A stretch of 63,434 bases of DNA, filler included, from Choristocarpus tenellus KU-1152 (Eukaryota > Protista > Phaeophyceae): the NCBI GenBank assembly GCA_964200185.2. It is 7 parts of 7 records of this genome, joined end to end, with 100 filler letters (N's around TTAATTAATTAA, not from the genome) between each part and the next. Parts side by side here need not be neighbours in the genome. Positions count along the whole stretch, not along the records: positions 22,491 to 28,897 come from CAXNAD020008201.1; positions 28,998 to 45,909 come from CAXNAD020000746.1; 5 more parts are not named here. The stretch is one strand, 5' to 3'. Of this stretch, positions 25,218 through 39,500 are shown piece by piece. The position numbers were made by a program, and so were the translations under genes. Every line of letters starts with the position of its first letter. The first letter of the stretch is position 1. Under the pieces are notes generated by a model. That model saw only the letters and a program-made list of their open reading frames with translations. It ran no database searches and had not been told where the DNA came from.

Positions 25218-26566
25218 TCATGCTTTCAAGCTTGCCTCCACGTCTCTCTTGATTGACCTCAGCTTTAGCTTGCTATCGTCCCCAATGTAGGTGACGTACG
25301 AGCGGAGGAGTTCTTCCACAGCCTGCCAGGCCAAGTATGCAATAGCAAATGAATTGCAACATGCAAGCGCCTCAGTTCTGGGTAGTTCTAAAGCAAGGGA
25401 TCCCGAGGAGGTAACCGGCAAGAGAAGTGAAGACTGGAGGGTCGATGGATCTTACAAGACAAACGCATGCATTTGTAAACGAATAGTCATTCACCAAACA
25501 AGGCAAACATCCACAACAAAACAGTACAAAATATTTTACCCTACCCGGTAGAGTGCATATACAGACACAATCCCAGCAGCCTAAGCGGCTGGGTCCTGGA
25601 TGGTGTGGGTTAATCAAGGTTGAAGTCGAAAATGGTTGCAAGTGATCCTTTCAATACACTTGGTCTGGCATTACTCACTTTGAGGCCGGGACGTTGTTGT
25701 CCCTTGCAAAATGCAGTTTTTCTATCCTCTGTCGAGCATCCGTAGAAATAAACACCCATGCCAGCTCCCGCTGCTGCAGCTGCTACTTGCCCAACAAACA
25801 GAAAGGAGCAAAGCCAACACTTCGAATTTTGCTTGCATACGTGAATGTTGACTGGCAACTCACCTACCACAATGTTGACGTTGGTCTAGAATGGGGGGGA
25901 AACAACGATCTACAGCACTGGATCACAAGCATGAGTTGCAAGAATAAATCACAAGGCTAGATTTTGTTGGATACAACCAACATCAACATTGTACTTCCCG
26001 AGGCTTGATCCTTGTTACAGAGATAATAAGCCTCTACTGGCCGAATGTCTCACCACGGAGGGTTAAGGGACGCGGTGCGATTCTCCTTAGCGAAAACATC
26101 GTTCTCTCTTGAGTAGTTTGTCCTGTTTTCGAGATTGAAGTTGGTGAGTTTGTGTTACATTGGAGTAGGGAGGGAAAAATTGAAAGAATCCCTAACCCTG
26201 GCACTGGGTGAAAAAACGAAAAACACCATAGTTGGAGTGCCGTTACAAAATCTCGCATTCCTTACGTAACATGTCTCTTTAGTTAGTGAGGGAGAAGATA
26301 AGGGGGGTAAATATGGAGTGGGTTTAGGAATGAGGAACTCAATCCTTCAATATCGATCCTACAATAGATCGCCCATGAAGTAAAGTACCTTGATGAACGG
26401 ATGATGAAGGCGGTGAGGCTGCTGAGGATAGGTAGTTCCTCTCCAGTTTTTTTTGTTGCAGATATCCCCCATCAGAAGAGGCGTTGTGAGACAGCCAAGG
26501 ATGCTTTTTAGGAGAAGTTTCACGCTGTGATCCGGTAGACTCCCTCCAAGGAGAAGCTCTTTATTC
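25218..26566 (-). CDS. Candidate small spliced gene of unknown function with one hydrophobic segment; exons ~26566-26389, 25885-25864, 25785-25679, 25322-25218
   Basis: Phase-consistent joins give ...HPFIK|TNVNIVV|VAAAAAGAGMGVYFYGCSTEDRKTAFCKGQQRPGLK|AVEELLRSYVTYIGDDSKLKLRSIKRDVEASLKA*. Two donors are GTGAGT and the acceptors are pyrimidine-rich. No homology recognised; the 5' exon is uncertain. Confidence 0.42.
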
Positions 26567-26899
26567 TAATTGATGCGAGAGTGCCCGCACTGGTTAAGAG
26601 AGGTGAGAAAATAGCAAGTAACGTCGCCAGGGTTCTTGGAGCATATAGAGACAAGATTTGTTGCAAAATAGAACAATGGTGATCACCTTGTTCATGCTTA
26701 CTGCGATGAATAGACTTGCACTTGTCAACACATTTTTTCAGTGTACCCAAGGCCTAAGGGTCTCATACGTATTTGGGTCATTGAAACGTGGGGTATCTTT
26801 GTCTTGATTATATCCTCATACTGGTTCTCACCTAGTACACAACATAAATTAAGGCTACACTACTACTACTGTTTTTCTGAGCAGAATCGAAACACCGTG

Positions 26900-28825
26900 C
26901 CGTCTCGTTGATCGCTCTTGGTCACATTGATGACATATGGTGGGGTGGTAAAATGACAGAATTTCCTCAACCATCAAGCCCTGAGGTCTGGTCCCCCATT
27001 GAGTTCTGAATTAGCAAATTATGCCTCCTGGAAAACTCGTCACAGCAGAGGAGGCAGTGGCAACCAAAGATACAGGTAATGTACCTACCAATCAATGTTG
27101 AGAACATAGCACCTTCATACACAGTCCATTCGTTGGAAGCTGCCTCTGAATTCCTCCTACCTCCTTCAAGGAGGGTTCTTCTGAGCGAGTGGTGTAGAGG
27201 TGACTAGGCTCAAACAAACTTCCTCGAAATCTGGGAGGAGTGGGAAAGGTCATGGAAACAACTTCGCCTAGATCCCAAAAATCGAACTCTCAAGAAGGTG
27301 TTAAAGACAGCTGATAAACTGCTCAAAAGGTTGAGGTTATGTGCCTTGCAGGAGTTTCTCAACACCTATTCCAGGAAGTCTTATCCATCGTGGGGACCAA
27401 GGTGGTTTGTACCAACACCTGGAAGGATTTACGGTAGAGAGAAACACACAGAGTGCCTCTCTCAGCATATCTGTGACAAGCCTGTCCAGCCAAAGAGGGA
27501 ACAAGAATCCACCAAGGAACGGTGGTGGAGATACTCCGCAGTGGTCCTTAATACCAAATTGGTTTATATCAACCCTCAAAGTACTAAGTCCTCGACCAAT
27601 GACCCACATCTATGAGCCTCACTAATGCTCCGACAATGATGGAAGTATATGAAGCACGTCGAGCAAGGTGAAATGGGAAGGCTATGGACCCCAACAATCT
27701 TCCGGTTCAGCTCCTCAATCTTGGCCTACATGAGGGCGAGACTTTCCTTCAGGGTTTGAATAAGACTATTTTGGCTGTGTGTGATCAGGATCTTGCACAC
27801 AAAGCCTGCAAGGACACAGTCATCACCATGCTTCATGAAAAGAAAGACTGGAGACAGAGTGGAAACTGCAGGAACATTTCATTGGTGGCACATGCTGGCA
27901 AAGTATGAAGTTGTTGCACGGAATCTAGGAGATTACCCGGGACAAAGAACATACAGGGTCAAAGTATACGAGAGGTATCCAGAGTTGCATTTTAAGGATG
28001 CTGACACATATGCACAAAATTCAACTATTTTTGAAAATGCGTGTAGGATATTTTCGGAATTGTGATGGAAAAGTTTCAAATTATATTCAGGATTAATGTT
28101 CTCAAGTCAAACTTCATTGCGGGTTATGCTGCCCAAATTCGTAATACCTGAGAAGATTTATTTTGTAATCCGCCAAGTACCTGATGGAGTGAGGGCATGT
28201 TTTCACACGGATGATGGTGAGTACTTCAACTGCTGTGAGGTTGGACAGGTTCCTTGGCAAAGGTGTGTTCTTACTCCTATCCTCTAGGATGTGTTGTTCA
28301 CTGCAGTGGTGTGTGAAAGCTGTAGAGTTCACATCTTTTCTCATCTCATCCAAGGATCTTGTTGCCATCAAGAGAGAAGCCCACAGACAACCAGGTCAGA
28401 GGAGGAGGAACACTAGGGAGTGGAAGAATACTTGACCTGCTCTTGTGGTGTGAGCTTTACGCTGATGATGCGGGCATTGTCTCCAAGACTCGAGGAGATC
28501 ACACTAGGACGATGACAGTTATTGTCAATGTGGTCAGATCATTCGGTTTGACTGTGTCAACACTTACGGCATAGATCATTTGTCTTCACCCCCCAAATCA
28601 GGCTACAGATACTGTGCAAATCCAAGTACTGGACCAGACATATAAGTGGGCTGATACGTTTGTCTACCTTGGGGGCGCCATCAATAATGAACCAGCAATC
28701 ATTTGTTGACATCTCCCAGAGGATCCGAAAAGCTTGGAGTTGTTTTATGAACCCAGCCAAGTACTATATCGCAGAACCTCACATGTGTATTTATTGACCT
28801 TAAGATTCAAGTGCTCAAGGCTGAA
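26900..28825 (+). mobile_element. Degenerate RTE-type LINE ORF2 (reverse transcriptase), interrupted by a MITE fragment
   Basis: Frameshifted RT motifs in order: NGKAMDPNNLPVQLL, KDTVITMLHEKKD...NCRNISLVAHAGKV, VIRQVPDGVRAC, QRCVLTPIL, LYADDAGIVS, FVYLGGAI, RIRKAWSCF. Confidence 0.88.
27956..28115. mobile_element. MITE family C fragment inside the LINE
   Basis: gggtcaaagtatacgagaggtatccagagttgcattttaaggatgc matches 29488 onward. Confidence 0.78.
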
Positions 28826-29038
28826 GGCTCAAAGTATCTGGAGGGGGGGGTGGCAGCTGTCCATTTGGGGTCAATTTTTTCATGTCGCGATTTTTGGNNN
28901 NNNNNNNNNNNNNNNNNNNNNNNNNNNNNNNNNNNNNNNNNTTAATTAATTAANNNNNNNNNNNNNNNNNNNNNNNNNNNNNNNNNNNNNNNNNNNNCTG
29001 GTGTAGACCCCCCCCCCCCCTCCCAGATACTTTGGGCT
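28826..29038. mobile_element. MITE family A ends on both sides of a linker, probably two different copies
   Basis: TIRs at 28826 and 29038, but the flanks differ (LINE versus hAT) and there is no exact TSD. Confidence 0.7.
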
Positions 29039-29480
29039 AAACACAGAAGACTATCGAGGGTGACATACAATGTGACAGTGCCTCTCTTTTCATTTATCTC
29101 TCGATGATGTTCAAGTGGAGCTCAAGAAAGCAGTGCCAGCTTGCAACGCCTTCAAAGTCACAACCCCTAACAGTTGGAAGGACAAAGTGCTGTGTGCCAG
29201 TGGTCAAGTGCAATGAAGTCAATTTTGTGAGCCGCTTTGGTACAGGGAGGGATATTGCGGAGTATTTGGGGGTGACACTGGACCCCAAAACCAAAATCAT
29301 TTACTGAATTCCAGATAAGAGTGGGCATGAGGACATTTGGAGGCAGGTGAAGTTGGAAGTTCTAGGCATCATGGAGGAGGAGCAAGGAGCACAAGAGGAG
29401 GAGAATAGTGGTTCTGTGGTGGAACCAAGCCCACATCCGCGTACTGCCCACCCTGGGCAGGGATATCTTTCTCATAAATG
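29039..29480 (+). mobile_element. hAT transposase remnant
   Basis: QKTIEGD(x)/VTVPL followed by FVSRFG...YLGVTLDPKTK, resembling the hAT LEGEKYVT and ATxLDPRFK motifs; contains a stop and a frameshift. Confidence 0.6.
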
Positions 29481-29487
29481 ACACAGA

Positions 29488-29737
29488 GAGTCAAAGTAAA
29501 GAAGAGGTATCCAGAGTTGCATTTTAAGGATGCTGGCAACTATATGTAAGAATCAGACTTATTTGCAAAAGCATACAGGATGTTTTCCAGAGTTGTGTTG
29601 AAAGGCTTCAAGAAATTGAGAAATCAACCCTCTCCAGTCAAACTTAGCACTTTTCCTTAGAATATGGGTGAATTTCTAGAGATTGAAAAACTCGTTTATA
29701 ATGCTAAACGACCAAACTCTAGGCTTTACCTTGGCTC
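29488..29737. mobile_element. MITE family C
   Basis: GAGTCAAAGTAAA...TTTACCTTGGCTC. Confidence 0.82.
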
Positions 29738-30507
29738 ACAAGGGGGTTTGTGAGAGCCTATGCAATGTATTGAGGGAGTCAGTTTGTGGTGTTGAGATAT
29801 CGGATGGAACACTTGGTTAACAGCTGGGAATATTGCGGCCTCAAAACGGCTTTGGCTGGACCCAGATATTATGCAATTACTTATCTTCCTTTGCAACACC
29901 TGGATGAAGGTGGATGCAAGCTAGGCTGCCAAGAAGGGCAACAGAAGGTTGCCACCTGGATTCTGCCGCAGCAACGTGTAGTGTAGTACAGGTTGAATAT
30001 ATTGGCATCTCTTTCTTGGATGTCTTGTTCACATCTCTTGAAAAGTTCGTTTTTCTTCAGAAGAGGATCAAAGTGTATTAAGTTGGGAAAAGAGTCCGTA
30101 AATGAAGAGTAGCTCGGAAGAAACATTGCCTCTGGCAGGACCCCTCGTCAGCCAGGGGGGAACCTATTGCCTTGTAGCACTGCACATCGATCAGCACTCA
30201 GACACGTCAAGTGCACCTTGCCCTTTACGCTTAGTGCGTGGTTTGATTATTGTCAAGTACATTAAAAAAAAATTCCAGTCGATTTAACTTACACTCTTCT
30301 AAATTATTTTGATTCACAACACAAAGATTATGATTCAGAGATGAACTTAGTTTATTTTACCGTAACCTTTCAACAAGTCTACATCAGTACCTTTACAGGC
30401 TATGTTCATCGTCATTCTGGAAGCGCCCGCTCCATCTTTATCTCCCTCGCCCTTGACCTCTCCACCTTTCCTACACTCCATATTTGGTGTTTTCCTTGGG
30501 TCACAAG

Positions 30508-33500
30508 GTTGAGCAATTCCTGGAGAGCATAGGTGTGGACCCAGATGATGCGGAAGCTTTCCACGATGCAGTGGTGAATGCCAACCCATCAGACAGTGTT
30601 GTTGATGTGTTATCCCCCCTCCTCCCATACATCACAGGAGGTGGGACAGGTAACAACACCCTGAGTGACTGGATGTCCAATGCTTCAGTGCAATTCTCAA
30701 GCATAAACTACAACCAGAGTTTGCGCGAGATTAGCATTAAGGGTGTTGTATTTTCACTGGAACACCATACAACAGAGGTTGGGGATGTTGTGGTGGGGGT
30801 AGACGATGTACAGCGTGCACTGCCAAAGGAGAAGAGGAGTTATGTGGGGGAGCTAGGGAAAGGCAGGACTGGGATCAGGAGTGTCAACACTGTGATGTTC
30901 AATACCAGCGCGTAAGTGGGACAACCCCTCAGGTTGCTTGCTGATAAGTGTTGTGGTGATGAGAAATAACTGGATTTATGCTGAAAGAGGCTCATTGACG
31001 TGAGTCCGACCCAACTGTAGACCCACAACCAATTACTGATACGTTGTATTGGGACTTGTGTAGGCAGGTGAGTAAGAGATATCTGTCTTGTGAAAGGGGA
31101 AAGGGCAAGCCCCTTGGTGACTGAACCCCTTCCGGTCCAAGCAACTTGCAATAATGCAAACCATTTTGGACAGCAACGAGAGGAGTATAGGTCGCTCAGT
31201 CTCCTTTGGGAATAAATTTGTTGCACCCAGTCAAATTCTACCTGCGCAAGGTTCACACGGAAGGCTTACCAGGATATCGTTCCCTTACCTTTGCTATGTG
31301 ATACACGTAGCCCTAGTCTGTGTTTGTACAATACCTCACGACGATTCCTTGTTGCGTCTGTCATGCAGCCCACATGCTCTGCCTGCCTGGATGGGGGAGC
31401 TGACATCCAAAACCTACCAAGCATGCACTAGTGCGGCTGGAGTAAGTGGAGAATCGGTTTTTACAACCAGGAATCACCCCCTACCTCTCACAGCAACACA
31501 GGTGAGACGTGTATACACCACTTGTGTTACAGGTTTATATCGACTCTCTTATGAGACGGTTGAACGATACTTATGTTAAATGATGATGGCTAGGGTGGTA
31601 GAAAAGTGTACAGTGGTGCAGTAGTATGTATTGTTGTTGGCTGTGACTGTCGCTCACATCTTGGTAGGTTTTTCAATCTTGATGCAATATAATTTGCACT
31701 CTCCGGTGAGCCTTTGATGCTTAGAATACATTCAGTGATGATATTGGGGAGGTTTTGGGGGTGTTATTATCTGTTGTGTGGGTATTCACAACTTCCATGT
31801 ATGACCCATAGCCTGTCTATTTTTTGAAAGCGTGAAGCCTTTCCTGCTGAGCCCCTTCGCAGCATTTTTTTGTTAAGTTTGAGCTCTGTTGTTGAGGATG
31901 TTAGGGTTAGGATTTGTTGCTGTGCTCTTTGGCAACGCCTTTAGAGTGCTAATGGAGCTGTTGTGCCAAACCCATTGTGGGTCACACCTTTGCGTGTTAT
32001 CCTCCAAGTGGTGCTGACCTGAAGAAGCCCACTACTGAATCGCATCCCCAAGTTTGGTTGTGGACTACTGCCAATAGGCAATAAGCATCACAAAGCGCTG
32101 ATAAAACCTCCTCATACTTTAACAATATTAAAGTTCAATTTGCTGTAAAGGTGCTTAGAAATACTTGGCCTATTGGATCTCATGGGATGTTGCTTCTCTC
32201 TCTGCTGACAATGCCTGTGTTGTATGCCTGGTGTGTAATGATGGATGCAATATCGTACAGTCAGTTGAGGTGCAGACAGTACTTTCCCTGCTGGTGAGCT
32301 TGCTAGTGACCATACCTCTGTGCTATGCCCCGGCAGCCTTTGTGACGTTCGTCGTGAGAGAGAGGGTCTGTAAGAGCAAGAGGGTGAGTAACTGGCTTGG
32401 TAACACGTTCATACTGTAGCTATCTGATGTACATCTATCTCATGTACATGTTGTGGATGTTTCTTTTTTGCAGGTTCCAAGTTCAGGTGCATGTGTAGCA
32501 TGCAGAGATGCTGTGATATGTGTTGCTAGCCTTTTTGTGTATTTGCTTACACTACTTGTTGTAGATTGTGGGGTTGGCATGTCCAAGTTCAATGCTTTGA
32601 AATTTTCGTGATAATGTGGTCGTTTTGGATGTTGTCACACGGAGGGGCATCTTTCATTTTGTTTTTGGCAAAAAAAAAAATTGTCCCTGAAAAGTGAAAT
32701 TCTACCTACACAATGCAAACATATTATTTATTATTATTCATGATATATGAAGACGAATCTAAATTTTCTATGTGACTAATCACAACATATTATTCTTCTA
32801 TTGTGACAATCAAAAGATGTTGAAGTGGCGCTCCTGGAGAACAGTGTAGCATGAGGGCACAGTTGTGAAGTGAAGCTGTGTGGGTAGCTTGTATAGTAGA
32901 GGTTGGGGAACAGTAGTGAACTATGACATGCCAGGGAGTACTGTATAGTGATACACACTCTACTTTGAGCTCTTAAGTGCAGTTCTCACGGGTGTTACAA
33001 GAATGATTCAACTGCTGCCAATTCAAGGTTCACATGTTGCACTTCATATTCCCTCTCCTCTCTATCCCTTTGTTCGTCCATCCACCCACACATGCATATA
33101 TGTAGGTACAATTGGTGTCAGGAGCTAGTCCCTTGGCCCTCTGGGCCGCGACATATGTGTGGGACCTTGCCCTGTTCTTTGTTTTATCAGTGCTGGTCAT
33201 GCTTGGGTTTGTGGCGTATGGCAAAGATGCCTCAAGGGTGAGAACAGGAGACTGAAATTAGAATATTGAATAAGGAGTTGAAGGGTACGAAGGGAAAGAT
33301 GCATGGAGGGGATGATTCAGTTTGGGACATACAGAATATTGTGCCTTTTGTGCTAAGCCTTTGCTAGTTGGTGTAGAAGGCTTTCAAGAATGAGTTTTCT
33401 TGGTGATAATTTTTTTTCCTTTCAACTGACTCTTCCCTTTTTGCTTTTGTTATGATGCATGAATATTTTCTGCCGAATACATTTTTTGTCATCGTATTTA

Positions 33501-36500
33501 CCTCGTAGTAGGAGTGGAGTGCAAGGGTCATGTCTAGACAAGAGAGTTGTTGTAAGGCAGGAAAGACCATACCCTGCACAGTTACAAGTAAGCACATTTG
33601 TTATGAAATGAGCAATACGAGTTTTTCCTTGTTACGATAGGTCAGGGTCAGATCAGGGTTCTCCCCAAGACACTTATTCCTGACTACCTTATTGGAGAAC
33701 TGATCTATTGACAAACGATTTCTGCATTAGCTTCGAATGTCAAAGCATGTTCCTGTGTTAGGATGATTCATGGAGGTGAAACTATCAAAAGATTTGAGAT
33801 AGGAATACACGTCAAGGGAACCTTGCAAATCCTTCCTCATCTGTCATTGATGGGTACAATGCCATCTAGCTGTGTCATTTGTCAAGGAATGCCTCAGTAG
33901 CTTATCTGTGTCTGCCTGATGTCCTTTACATCATGGGGACTCTGTTCATACCATTCTAGATGGCTCACTCGACCAGCATGCTGTAGTTTTGCTTTTCTCA
34001 TATTTCAAATATCTTTTCACTTGAGCTTTCCTCCTATACTTGAAAAACGAGTTTAGTACTCTGGATCAGAGGACTAAATCTCGCTGCTGCTGCCTCCCAC
34101 CTTTTTCTCCTCATCTCCCTTTATGCCTCAATGGTCTAAATTGGAGTCTGTTAGGTTTTCATCGACTATGGAGACTCTGCTCTGGGCTGCTGGGTGCTTC
34201 TTCTATGCTATGGAGCTTCGTCACTGCCACTTGCCTACTTGTACTCCTTTGCCTTTGATGGGCCTTCATCTGCACAAATCTCCATTGCTGGAATCAATTT
34301 TCTGACAGGGTTTGGGTTTGTGGTGGCCTATGCCGTTTTGGTGAGCTCATTTCTTCTCATTGGAGGCAGCAGCAGTGTTGAAGACAGAGTTGTGACTGGT
34401 TCAGTGTCCATCACAAATTTATACACCTTTCATTAACAATTGCCTTTTTGGCATTGTTTTTCACCATGCTACAGGCCAGCATTAAGAAGACACAAGATTT
34501 TGCAGAACAACTGATACATGTGTTTCGGATGTTTCCTCCATACCTGCTTGGGGATGGTCTAATCAAGGTGCTAAAATGCCCTTTTAATTGTCATGCCTAT
34601 CCCTGGAGTGTATATATAATGATGCCTATCATCTTCCATAACAGATGAACTACAGTAGGCCAGTCTTTGGAAAACATATTCAAGATTACTCTAGTAGGGC
34701 CTGGTCATTGACTGGAGCAAAGGTAAGTAAGTTTGCAAATATTTGTATTTAGTGTGTAGCCAGAATATAGGCAACATATGTAATAGCTCACCTTGCTTTA
34801 GGAAAACTGCACATTTCTAGTTTGGGCATCTATTGAAGACATCTATAAAGTCCATATCGATCTACTCTTTCAACTATTCTGTCGTTTAAATATGCCCTAC
34901 AATTCCCTTGTCCGAGACCCTGTTGATTTGTGCTGCCATCCACTCACTGCCCTGCATAGATTCCTTGATCTAGAGCTAGCCCAGACAAACTGTGTCACTC
35001 CATGCACTCAAGTGAAATGCTCACTTCCTCTATGACATGTTCAATGCTCCTTCCCACTGCAAGCAATTTCTATGGGATAACTACCCGAACACTTTGTTAC
35101 TTGCCTTTGACCTCCGTCACCGCCTTATGCCTTAACCTTTAGCTGTCAGAGGAGTACTACATGCGTGAAGTACTGGGTCAATTTCAAGTGGGAGGGGTTT
35201 TTGGTTGGGAGGTTGCAGGGAGAGAGATGGTGTACATGTTGCTCGAGGCAGTGGGATACCTTTCTGCGGTGAGGATAAACCATTATCAGCCATGCTCCAT
35301 TATCAGCCATGCTCCCTTTGTTGAAGACTAGGATTACGCAAGTGTGATCATCTAAACCATTATCAGCCATGCTCCCTTTGTTGAAGACTAGGATTACGCA
35401 AGTGTGATCATCTCTTGAGTGGCACTGTGCCGCTTTCATGCCTTGAATTTTTCGGGAGTTGAGAAACTAGCATTAGGTCAAGTCCTTATTATCCGCCCTC
35501 CCTCTTACAGAAGACTGCTCATTCAGAGAGTGCTGTGGTTAAATAGTCATACACAGTCAGTTCGGGTTGGCTGTAAGTAAAAGGTTTGGTCCAGACAAGG
35601 AAGAGAAGCCTGCTCAACCTTGAGTCAAGCATACCTTCTGATTGGGATATCTTGATGTGCACCTTGACTCCATCTTTTTTCGTAGCAACTCTCGGCATTG
35701 AGTGTGTCAACCCAAACAAACCACATCTTGATCATCCATTTCCTTCCTCAGATCTATCTGTACACTCTGATCTTGGGGTACACAGCTAGGAATCCTTTTG
35801 TTTTTAGCCCAATCTCTTTGCCCATGCAAACATCTTATGTGTACAACTCATCAAGAGTAGAAAACTCAACCTCTCAGCTTAGAGTCATCGATCCACCACC
35901 CTACAGAGTAGGTACATAATCTTTCCCGTATATAGCTGATATTGCTTCACCTAGCTACTGAAACCCGCTCTGTGTCTATTGGTGTTCATGTCTATACTTC
36001 TAGTCCCAGATAAATGAGAAACCAATGTGATTGTGATTGGAAACCCCCATAGGTTCTTGCTGTGGAGTATTCCCTAGCCGCAGGGGTACGATCTTGGCTT
36101 GACAATCTGCGATTATGTCTGAGCGGATGGAAGAGACAACATTTGCTCAACATCCTGGAGGAATCCCAGGGAATCGATGAGGACCAAGATGTCAAAGAGG
36201 AGCGATACAGGGTTGAGGCCATGGTAGGGACTGCCAACGTGACAGCAGATGGGGGGGTGTTGATACGTGACCTGAGCAAGGTGAGGTGAAGATTGTTGAG
36301 TTGTTTGGGAGTATGAGATGGTAACATTAGGGTAATGAATCTTTGCTACCTGCTGCGTTTTGGGTATGTGAGATGCATCAATAGCTGTAGTGTGTCCGGA
36401 ACTTGGACACGCTTTACACTCAAACCATGTTCATTTTCTGGGTGAAGGGACCTGCTTTTCTCCTTTTAAGGTGTAATCTTCATTTATTACTGAATCTGTC

Positions 36501-39500
36501 CATCATGCCCTACCATATATATGAACAAGTGAGCAGACTGTGCAGTAGTTGCACTCTGTCAGTCATCATTGGGCTGGCACATAATTGGTGCGTGGTATCT
36601 CCTTCGAGACCTAGGTACAGTAGTCTATACTAAACTATGTGTTTCAATTGTTGATTTGTACTGTCATGTAATGCTATCTTACTATTTTTGGGGCTATGTG
36701 CTGCTCACTCATTAGCAAGGTGGTTATCATATCTTGTTCAGCCCAAGTCTGAGATCAAAGTTAGATAAGATAGCGTGAAAACGTTAAGGTGAGCAAAGAT
36801 GTTCCTTCCCCCAAGGAAGTTGTTGTTCCCCTAGATCTATAATGTCAATTTGTCTCTCCAAGTTTCGATATTTGAGCTTGCTTGGTGCATTGCAATTTGT
36901 GAAATTGATGCCACAAATATCTACACCATTTTCTACTGGGCTACTGAAAGAGCACAATTACCCTGAACCTTGGCAGCGGGGTTCATACCAATACTCTCAT
37001 AAATGCTACTATTGGTACAATGACAAAGTAGTACTTGCCCTTGATGCTCTCATGTTTTCTCGCCTTTCAATTGTTGTAGTACACGCAAGCATAATAGGCT
37101 TCATGCTGATGAAGGACTACAAAGTGGTACCAGTATCGTTTTTTCTTATTTTTTTCTGTTGGTTCTAGCCATGTAGTGTTATTGGGTGAGATTATTTGGA
37201 ACAAAACAATGAAAAAATGTTGAAAATCTACGTGGTGAGTGCTTGTAGGTTTGAAAGTGAAATCTTGACACGGAGAAGGACTGAGTGCATAAGGGAGGAG
37301 GTTGTTTGCACTGCTGCAAGGATGTCCAAACTGGTACTACACAGTAGTGTAATGGGAAAGAACACATGTGAAGGTGAAGGTGCCAAGAAAGTGTTGCATG
37401 TACAGCAGTGACAGTTATACCCAGGATATATGGCAGAGCACACTCGATAGTCCCTAAGCTGTAATTTGTGTAAGGCCTCCATACCCCATTCCCTAACCAA
37501 CCAGCCTTTATTGGGTTGTGTCGACAATTGGTTGATTCGAAAATGAGTTGGACACATCAGAGACCTTACTTAATATGAGTTGTTGTTCCGAGTCTGTGCC
37601 AAGCTTCATACATGAGCATGGTGCAAGATGACCCAAGCCTGCTAAATAATACAAGCACACATTTGGTGTTGTGAATTTCAACAATTCAGTATAACAATAG
37701 AAACAATTCAGTTGATTGTTTTTGTTATGTAGAGCAGGAGGGGCCACACACATATGGCTGAGTTAAAGTATCTTATTAAGAGAGGGTATGAGTTTCGCCC
37801 TTTGTCCATTTGGGGCTTGGTTTCCCATGTGCTTTGTATGACGTATTCCTACTCCAAAATGTTTCGGAGTAGGTAAAATGTATGCATTATGAAAAGGAAT
37901 GTCCGAAACGAAGATATTGACACTTCCTAAGAAACACGATAGCCAAAATTACATCAAAATTGCAACATGGGATTTTAACCCCCAAATGGACGCGGCTCTA
38001 CCCTCTAGGATCATTTGACTCGCTGCGCTCACCACAAGGAACCACTACCTCTTTATGTGGCTATACATTAATCTGGTTCTACCTCATGAGGGATAGGGGG
38101 AAGGGTGCAGCTTTCCCCCCACAACACCTGTCTAGGATCTCATAAGCCAAGGCATATCAGTGTTCATTTTGTCAAACGCATGCCCAGGCCTTTTCCATGG
38201 TTTCAACTGCTTCGATTACACGCTTACAATTTGGCGTATTTGTGTCACACAGACTGTCTAGATGACAAAAAGGTGTATGGTATTTGTGAGCATTTCCCCT
38301 TCCATGTGATTATTGTCATGAGTAGTACCGGAGTGCCTGTTGCGCGCAATCTGTAAAAAAATGCCTTGAGGGTGTGATGGACCAGCAGCAGGATGGCACA
38401 ACCCCTCACACTGGCAGCTGGGGAACTTAGTGGGTGGCATGTGGTCCTTGTAATGCAGTCAGCATAGTGGCCAGATCTTAACAAGGACTCAATGAGGCTT
38501 CTTTTGATCACTCAAGAGCAGAGTAGAGGGGTTGTACAACAGTATTACTGTTGAGGACCCTACGTAGGGAGTTTTGGGCCTCTGTTTTGAATATGGCGCA
38601 CAACACTCAAGGTGTTGCAGAGCCTGTTCAGGGTGTATTAGATGACCCTAGGAAAGTTTCTGGGGGACTACGATTTTTGCGTGTGCTGTGTACGGGCATT
38701 GGGACATACCAATGTTACACATCTTTAGGGAAGAGTTTGAATATAGACAAGGGGGTGTGTTCGTAGAATGGTTGAAGTTGGAGGTGGATGGTAGTAGCTA
38801 GATTTAAGACACACCATTTCAATAGTAGAACAAAGAAATATTGCCTGAGGTTACAAGAATTTTGTGTGTCTATCTTGTACATCGGCTAGAGGTCACAGGT
38901 CACATCCTGTTTCCAATGAAACTTTTTCGATTTTGGTACTTTATAAGAAGGGACTTGTCTAGGAAACAATGCGCCAACCAGGAATCGAACCCAGGTCATG
39001 TGAACAGCAATCGCTTACTACAACACTGGCTACTGGCGCGTGTAAGGATATCTGTCTTCTACAGCAGTTAGTATATTTATATATCCACTTGCGAACATTC
39101 CCCCTCTCAATTTACATGTACTCGTTTCAACCTGAAGAAACCCTCACGACCTTTAGGGATCCTCTCATGTGTGTACCCTTTAAAACTAAGTAATGCCTGA
39201 CCATCCATCTGTCTGTCCGTATACGTTCCCAGTGCCAGTTCTTGTACTCATGTGTCTCCCTGTGTGGTCGCATCTGTTTTTTTCTCACTCTGCAAGTTCT
39301 TTGAAGTTTGAGTGGACTCTTCTGTGGGAAACAATTCTTTTCTGGCCCTATCCTTTTGATTAGGTTGGGCCTTGCTTCTCTCACTAATACTGTCATGGTA
39401 GTATTTGTGACTACAGGCTCTTGGTGTTGGCATACTTCCCTTGAAGAATAGTGAACCCTACACCACAATTTTCCCTACCCATCTGAGAATATGTCCTTGG

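Noticed and set aside
38970-39039. Anticodon-switched tRNA (GCT on a Gly body)
   Set aside because: D and anticodon stems are broken; better explained as a pseudogene.
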